A stretch of 64,000 bases of DNA, taken from NCBI GenBank assembly GCA_964016885.1, contig OZ024741.1, positions 178,684,001 through 178,748,000 on the forward strand, given 5' to 3'. Shown here piece after piece: positions 56,367-64,000 of the stretch. Source of the DNA: Eledone cirrhosa (Eukaryota). The translations under genes and the position numbers were made by a program. The stretch's first letter is position 1, and each line of letters starts with the position of its first letter. Below the pieces are notes generated by a model that had not been told where the DNA came from, ran no database searches, and saw only the letters and a program-made list of their open reading frames with translations.

Positions 56367-57424
56367 ATATATATTATATATATATATTATATATATATTA
56401 TATATATATTATATATATATTATATATATATATATTGTATATATATTATATATATTATATATATTATATATATATATATTATATATATATTATATATATA
56501 TATATTATATATATATTATATATATATATATTATATATATATTATATATATATATATTAAATATATATTATATATATATATATTATATATATATTATATA
56601 TATATTATATATATATATATTATATATATATATTATATATATATATTATATATATATTATATATATATATTATATATATATTATATATATATATTATATA
56701 TATATTATATATATATATATTATATATATATATTATATATATATTATATATATATATATTATATATATATTATATATATATATATTATATATGTATTATA
56801 TACATAGATATTTTATATATATATATATTATATATATATATATTATATATATATTATATATATATATATTATATATATATATGTATACATATATGTATAT
56901 ATATACACGTGCGCGCGCACCAACATACGAACAAACAATAGAAACTTCACATACACAGGCATATACACACACATAAGAACACGTTCACACATAAAAAATC
57001 ACCTACATACACCTGCCGGTACATACACTTACATACATTCATTCACAACAAACATACGGGAAAATAAACACACACGCAATCGGACACACACGGATACATA
57101 GAATTTACAGAAATAAACCCACACATATTCACATACACACACACTCACACTCACACACAAACTATAACCTCACAGACTTCAATTCACAAAACTCTGAGAC
57201 ACCGACTGGAGCCACGCACTCCTAGCAATAACTCCCCTTTGACACACATACACAACCACACCTATGCACCCCCCCCTACATCCAACCCACCCCATGCGGA
57301 CCTTTACTACCGGTCGGACATGTATCTACCCCTCCTGTTTCTTCTATTTTTTTCCTTTTTTAAAATTTCCTCCCTAAACTTCTCTAACTACTCTTATGTG
57401 AATCTGTTCTCTTCTTAATCCGAA

Positions 57425-57456
57425 ATTTCCTGAAGAAGGACTTCTCTCCGAAACGT

Positions 57457-57463
<7 letters not shown>
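57425..57463 (+). ncRNA. Minimal hammerhead whose 3' stem I strand is replaced by RTE sequence
   Basis: tttc CTGAAGA a-gga-cttctc-tcc GAAA cg TC|gataatgagggac. Confidence 0.72.
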
Positions 57464-57646
<183 letters not shown>

Positions 57647-57919
57647 ATGTATAAATTATATATGTGTATGTATATACATATATATATATGTTCATATATA
57701 GCCTCTATCTTTATTTTCTTACTTTGTCATTCCAGCCCCGACTTTTCTACTACTTTACCCCCTTCCCTCTCTTTCTTTGTATGTATCTATCTATCGCTTT
57801 GATTCATGATTCCCCTTCGCCTACATTCCATAACAACTCACCTCTATCACCATCGCCCTACCGCTTGGCCGCCCTGCTTTATTAGTTCGTTTCAATCAGA
57901 CATGGCTGCTACTAAAAAC

Positions 57920-58159
57920 TGTGTTGCTGCTGCTGCTACTGCTGCTGCTACTACTGTTGCTGCTGTTACCGGTGCTGTTACTGCTACTGCTGCTACTACT
58001 GCTGCTGCTGCTACTGCTGCTGCTGCTGCAGGCTACTGCTGCTACTGTTGCTACTGCTGTTGCTGCTGCTGAATTAATGCCGGTGCTGCTTATGTTGTTA
58101 CTAATGCTGATGATGATTTTGCTACTGTGAATGATACTGATGCTGTTGATGTTACTGCC

Positions 58160-58211
<52 letters not shown>

Positions 58212-58290
58212 ATGGTGATGGTGATGGTGATGATGATGATGTTGATGCTCATAATGTTACTTCTAATGATGATGCTACTTAATGATGGTG
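57920..58290. repeat. (CTG/CTA/GAT)n trinucleotide tract
   Basis: Direct reading. Confidence 0.9.
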
Positions 58291-59050
58291 CTACTAGTTT
58301 TTCCTCGTATTATTCTTAGTAATTATGAAGAATGAAGGAAGGAAGGAAGGAAGGAATGAAGAAATGTGGTTTAATTTCTCCTTTGTTTTCTCTGTTGCAG
58401 ACTTGAATCCCAACAACAGTTCAAAGTCTGATGATATATCATATAATATAGTCCATAGAATTACAATATCATTGGGGTAGCGATTGCATACGTTACTGAT
58501 ATCTACATCTGCTGTCACACACATGTGTATTATTAGCTTCGATATTAGGTTTGTCAGAACAATTACGTTTTCCTATATAAGATAGCTGGAGTTCACTTAA
58601 TTGGGGGAGTTTTCCATTGCTCTGTGGATCGTTGATGCTATGGATACCACCAGCATGAAAATGAAATGAAAATAACTCTGTTCTGTTGTGTAGGAATGTC
58701 ACTGGGAAATAATTCGCCGATGCGGCTTTTCTATAAAATGATATAACGGAAATAAAAACCTAAATAAAAATCACTTTAAAATAATTGTTTCTACTTTTGG
58801 CACAAGGCCAGCAATTTTTCAGTGCATTACTGGTACTTTATTTTATCGACCCCGTAAGGATGAAAGGCAAAGTCAACCACGGCGTGATTTGAACTCAGAT
58901 CGTAAAGGGACGTAACTATGCTGGAAAGCATGGCGTCCGACCCTCTACCGATACTGCCAATGAATGACATTGATACACAATGAATAGACCATTGAATACT
59001 GGTTTTGGGATTTCGGGGAACATATAATTATATATATATATGTGTGTGTA

Positions 59051-59150
59051 GAGGGTGTCCCCCAAAAATGTACACACACATTGATTACCTGTACAGGCAA
59101 TATTTATTATAATGTACAGCCTTTGTGTATACATTTTTGGGGACACTCTG
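59051..59150. mobile_element. Tc1/mariner-type MITE
   Basis: TA|gagggtgtcccccaaaaatgtacacac ... gtgtatacatttttggggacactctg|TA. Confidence 0.8.
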
Positions 59151-60796
59151 TATATATTCTCACACGGATAAAAATATGAAGAAAAGAAGTTGAAAATACA
59201 CTTTGTGAATTAATGAAGCTGTATGTACATTAGTTTAATTGGCTATACAGTTCATGATTTTCGAAAACGGAGGGACATGGGAGCAGTATTGTAACTCTCT
59301 GGTCTCGTTTTCATTGAGAGAACACGGCTCAAATTGTTACCTGTTTAAAATTCAGTTTTATTCGTTGAGTATGATCACAGGGTCAGGCAATGAATCACGT
59401 GATAATACAAGAAATGATTGCACCAAGAGTTAATGCTGTTTACTCCAGTGTGTAACAAGTTAAAGACAAGGCTGCGTACATTTAGTAAAACAAAGAACAA
59501 GTGTATGTATTCTATGTAAGTTTATTCGGTAGAGGTTTGTATTTCTTCTTTATAAATATTTTCTTAGTAGTGTTAGATTTGTGGTTTTGTCCTAAGAAAG
59601 GTAAAGTGGAAGACTGTATTTTATTTGTTGTTGTGCATAAGTCTAAATGCTCACTAAGTGGAATCTTTCTAGTACTTGGATCGAGTCTTGGTTAACGATG
59701 GACAGTCATTCTGTTTCTGAGAGTACGTTTTGTTTGCTCAATGTAAACTTCATTATATCATTTACATTTAATACATTTCTTCAGAAAAAGTGAAGTTAAA
59801 TTTTACTGTAATTTATCGAAGTTGTGTTAGCATAAAGGCAACACAAGTTGAATTATTTGAGGTAATCACATATGCACTCGATGATTGAAAACATTTTTCT
59901 TTCTTTTTTTTTCTAAGTGATATCTTAGGATATTGAAGAGAAAGACAGGAATCCTTTAGACCAGTTATGGGCAAACTGGGGCCCATTTGGGTTTTAGAAT
60001 GGCACGCCTAAGTTCAAAATTGCCATGTTTTTTAGTAGTAGGGCCCTCCTGATGATGAGCCACATCCTATGCGGCCCATTGCTGGAAACATTAGCTTTAG
60101 TTTTCTTAAATAAAAAAAAAACAATAATTAACTGTTTGTTGCGAGTTCACTGTGAAACAAAGAATTCATTTCTTCAAACAACAAATCGCTTCCACAATCT
60201 CATTGTCCTTGGTTCTAGCTCATCATAGAGAATGTAATTCCTACCATAGCCTTTGGATGAACGAAGTCTTGTGAGTTAATTTAGGTAGAAGTCAATCGAG
60301 TGAACACCCTATACAATTTGTTGTTGTTGCTGTTGATACGCCACAAATTTACCTGAATCCAGTCATAAAAACTCAATTTTTATCTTTCTAGTAAATGCCT
60401 ATAAGGCTTCCAGTTGAACGTCTTATCGTTAGAATGCCTCATCGAAAACCTTGCAGTTGGATCATTTTGTGTCAATAAAGTGTCGGAGAGGGATGTAATA
60501 ATTATAAGTTACCATTGTTTTGGGGGTGATATGGAAGTATGTGCTAGACTTCATCAGTTGCCAGGCTTAACATGTCCCTTTGGTTCGTGTGTGTCTTTAT
60601 CGTAGCTGTCTTATTTGCAAAAATCACCTCGAGTGTCGGATCTGTTGATATTAAGATATTTCTCTCAAGAAAAGTAAAAGATCTTATTGTCAGATGCGAC
60701 CACTTTGGGGTGGGTGAGAGGTGGCTTCCCTTGTGAAAACGTCCTACTAAACTTCAAGCCGAATCTTTAAAAAGTATTGTTATTACTAGCAAGCCT

Positions 60797-62705
60797 GGGC
60801 AGTGGATTGGCAGTATCGGTAGTGCGTCGGACAATATGCTTTACAACATAGAGTTAAGGCCCTTTACGTTATAAGTTCAAATTCCCCCGAGGTTAACTTT
60901 GCCTTTTATCCTTACGGGGTCGATAAAATAAATTATCAGTAACGCACTGGGATCGATTTAATCGACTTTCCCCGCTTCCCTTCAAAAGCATACAATGATT
61001 TCATTATTTTTTTCCATTGCTGATACAATGTAAATCAAAGTATTTTACTCAAGATACAACGCACCGCCCGTTCTTCTGAAACACAATACATCGCTCTCTT
61101 GAAAATGGGTATAGCTTTCATTATGTAAAATCTGGGCGGTGAATTGGCAGTATCGGTAGAGGGTCAGACATGCTTTCCAGCATAGTTACGTCCCTTTACG
61201 ATCTGAGTTCAAATCTCGCCGAGATTAACTTTGCCTTTCATCCTTACGGGGTCGATAAAATAAAGTAATTGCTGGCCTTGTGCCTAAAGTAGAAACAATT
61301 ATGTAAAATCTCCCCATTTTGCCTCATTTCGTAGAGCCTCGGACAACATGCTTTGCAGCATAGAGTTACGACACTTTACGGTCTGAGTTCAAATCCCGCC
61401 AAGGTTAGCTTTACCTTTCATCCTTCCAGGGTCGATAAATAAAGTACCAGTAACGCACTGAGATCGATTTAATCGACCTTCCTCCTTCCATTCAAATTGC
61501 CGGCCTTGTACCTAAAGTAGAAACAATTATTACTAGCAAGCCTAAGCTAGAGTGTAGGACAACATGCTTTGTGACATATAGTTGCGTCCCTTTACGTTCT
61601 GAGTTCAAATCCCGCCTAGGTTAGCTATGCCTTTCAGGGTCGATAAAATAAAGTATCAGTTACACTCTGGGAGTTGATTTAATCAACTTTCCCCTCCCCA
61701 AAAGTGTGATGGCCATGTGCCTAAATCAGCAACTACTATTACTAGCGACCCTACGGCAAAGCGTCGGACAACATGCTATGCAGTAAGTGGTTACGTTCTC
61801 AGTTCAAATCCCACCGAGGTTAACTTTGCCTTTTAACCTTACGGGGTCGATAAAATAAATTACCAGTAACGCACTGGTGTCGATTTAATCAATTTCCCCT
61901 CCCCCAAAAAGTGGTGACCTTGGGCCTAAATCAGAAACCATTATTAGTGAAGGGCGGTGGATTGGCAGTATCGGTAGAGGGTCGGACGCCATGCTTTCCA
62001 GCATAGTTACGTCCCTTTACGATCTGAGTTCAAATCGCGCTGAGGTTGACTTTACCTTTCATCCTTACGGGGTCGATAAAACAAAGTACCAGTAATGTAC
62101 TGTGTAATTGCTGGCCTTGTGCCTAAAGTAGAAACAATTATTAGTGAATTGGCAGTATCGGTAGAGGGTCAGACGCCATGCTTTCTAGCATAGTTATGTC
62201 CCTTTATGATCTGAGTTCAAATCCCGCCGAGGTTAACTTTGCCTTTCATCCTTACGGGGGTCGATAAAATAAAGTACCAGTAATGTACTGGTAAATTGCT
62301 GGCCTTGTGCCAAAAAGTAGAAACAATTATTAATAGTAAGCCTTATTGCGATGGATTTGAAAAATCCTTGTGTCGAGTAAAATGTCTCCATGGTATTTGT
62401 TCTGGTTATTTACGGTGAGTTCAAATCCCACATAGTCAACTCTGCCTTTCATCGTTCCGAGTTCGATGAAATAAAACTCAAGTTAAGTACTGGGGTCGAT
62501 ATAATCTATTTTCCCTCCCCCAAAATATTGTGGTGGATTCGAAGTATCGGTAGAGCGACGGATACCATGATTTTCGGCATAGAGTTACAACCCTTTACGT
62601 TCTGAATTCAAATCCCGCCGAGGTTAGCTTTGCCTTTCATCCTTACGGATAAATAAAGCACCAGTAACCCAAATTGCTGGCCTTTTGCCTATAGTAGATA
62701 TCATT
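60797..62705 (+). mobile_element. Head-to-tail cluster of ~9 SINE copies
   Basis: Core repeated at ~60797, 61135, 61320, 61545, 61760, 61951, 62144, 62340 and 62530, all on the + strand. Confidence 0.9.
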
Positions 62706-62724
62706 ATTACTAGTAGGTCCGCGC

Positions 62725-63230
62725 ATAGCTGTAAATAGCCCCAGGGCAGATGTAAAATGTAACCCTATCACTATCACTAGCTGGTGATAGTCACATTCAA
62801 AATATCGAATGTATACCCAGCTACCAGTCAGAAATAGATGTAAAAGTATCCCTATCGCCGCCGACAGTTGGTAGTAGGCACATGCAAGATCAAATTTAAC
62901 CCCACTAGCCTTGTAATAGACGCAAGTTTGATTTAAAGCAAGAGCACCACCTTCCAGCTTGTAATAAGCCCAAGTCAGACGTAAAATGTAGGTCCCAAAA
63001 GCCAGTCATTTCCCAGGCTGGATTTAAAATATATCTCTTGCACTTACCCTAGCTGACATTAGGCTCCGGGCGAGATATAAAATGCAGACCCACAAAGCTG
63101 GCAACAGGCGCAGAACACATGCAAAATGTAGCACCACCACGCAAACTGGTAACCGACCCGAACAGACATAAACTGTAGGCCCTAAAAGTTGATAATAGGC
63201 CCTGGCCAGATTTAAAATATAGCACCACTT
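62725..63230 (+). repeat. Degenerate ~40-50 bp minisatellite
   Basis: Recurrent agctggtaataggccc..gatgtaaaatgtag-like units, about 11-12 copies. Confidence 0.7.
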
Positions 63231-63290
63231 CATATGATTTATATATGGGTTACTGGTATATATACACATACAAGTAATATACATGAATCA

Positions 63291-63458
63291 CCGTATTTCC
63301 TGGCGTTGAAGACGCTACTTTTTTCCTAAAATAAGTCTCAAAAATCTACCATGCATCCTGGAAGCCGAAGGTTGTTTATTATTTTTTTTCAAATTTTTAG
63401 TTGTCAAAATTAGGGTACGTCCTCGACCACGAAGCGTCTTCGGCGCCGGGAGATATGG
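63291..63458. mobile_element. Tc2/pogo-type MITE
   Basis: ccgtatttcctggcgttgaagacgc / gcgtcttcggcgccgggagatatgg|ta TIRs. Confidence 0.75.
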
Positions 63459-63689
63459 TACTTGCTTGTAATAGAACAGAAGAAAAGAAGAAAAATTGAG
63501 GTGAATAAGCCGACACTCAAAATCATAGACCCATGGCAATTGGCACCCAGTTGACACATAACTTTCATCCACCTCTAATCTGCTCTGACTATTAAGTCCG
63601 TGATATGCGACCGGTACGTAAGTTTACATCGAACTCCGTCCGATCTACACGTATATCTTAAGAAAACATTACTTTAAAAACACTTACTA

Positions 63690-64000
63690 TTGCTACTACT
63701 ACTACTATTACTACTATTACTACTACTACTACCACCACCACCAGCACTACTACTACTACCACCACAACCACTACTACTACCACCACAAGCACTACTACTA
63801 CCACCACAACCACTACTACCACCACCACCACTACTACTACCAACACCACCACCACTACTACCACCACCACCACAACTACTACTACCACCACCACTACTAC
63901 CACCACCACCACAACTACTACTACCACCACCACAACCACTACTACTACCACCACCACTACTACTACCAACACCACCACTACTACCACCACCACCACTACC
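63690..64000. repeat. (CAC/TAC)n trinucleotide tract
   Basis: Direct reading; source of the poly-Val ORF. Confidence 0.95.

Noticed and set aside
59960-60080. hAT-type MITE (cagttatgggcaaact)
   Set aside because: Only one plausible terminus and no TSD found
60797-63230. CRISPR-like repeat array or tRNA gene cluster
   Set aside because: The units are SINEs and a degenerate minisatellite; no constant repeat-spacer structure, no cas genes, no cloverleaf

Overview
Gene-poor, AT-rich, microsatellite-saturated animal genomic DNA. The SINE types and (TA)n/(CA)n load suggest an octopus or other coleoid cephalopod (inference). No host gene can be supported, and nearly all ORFs in the track are microsatellite translations. 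Recognisable transposon debris includes Penelope-like elements (PLEs; GIY-YIG and RT-thumb fragments), an L1/Tx1-type LINE, R4/Dong-, CRE- and RTE-type LINE fragments, two mariner remnants, a non-autonomous Helitron, MITEs and more than 20 tRNA-derived SINEs. The main hidden signal is an RNA-level system. I read 13 type I hammerhead ribozyme motifs with intact CUGANGA/GAAA/UH cores plus about 10 variant, half or decayed ones, from many distinct sequence families, mostly in short elements bordered by (TA)n. These elements occur as (a) fold-back palindromes with one tailed and one tail-less arm, apparently rebuilt at each insertion, or (b) monomers with terminal direct repeats (retrozyme-like). 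Standouts are a family that always folds back at the ribozyme's stem II, a U3-A8 compensatory core variant, and an RTE LINE 3' end fused at a hammerhead cleavage site. All folds were assigned by eye and none is experimentally tested.
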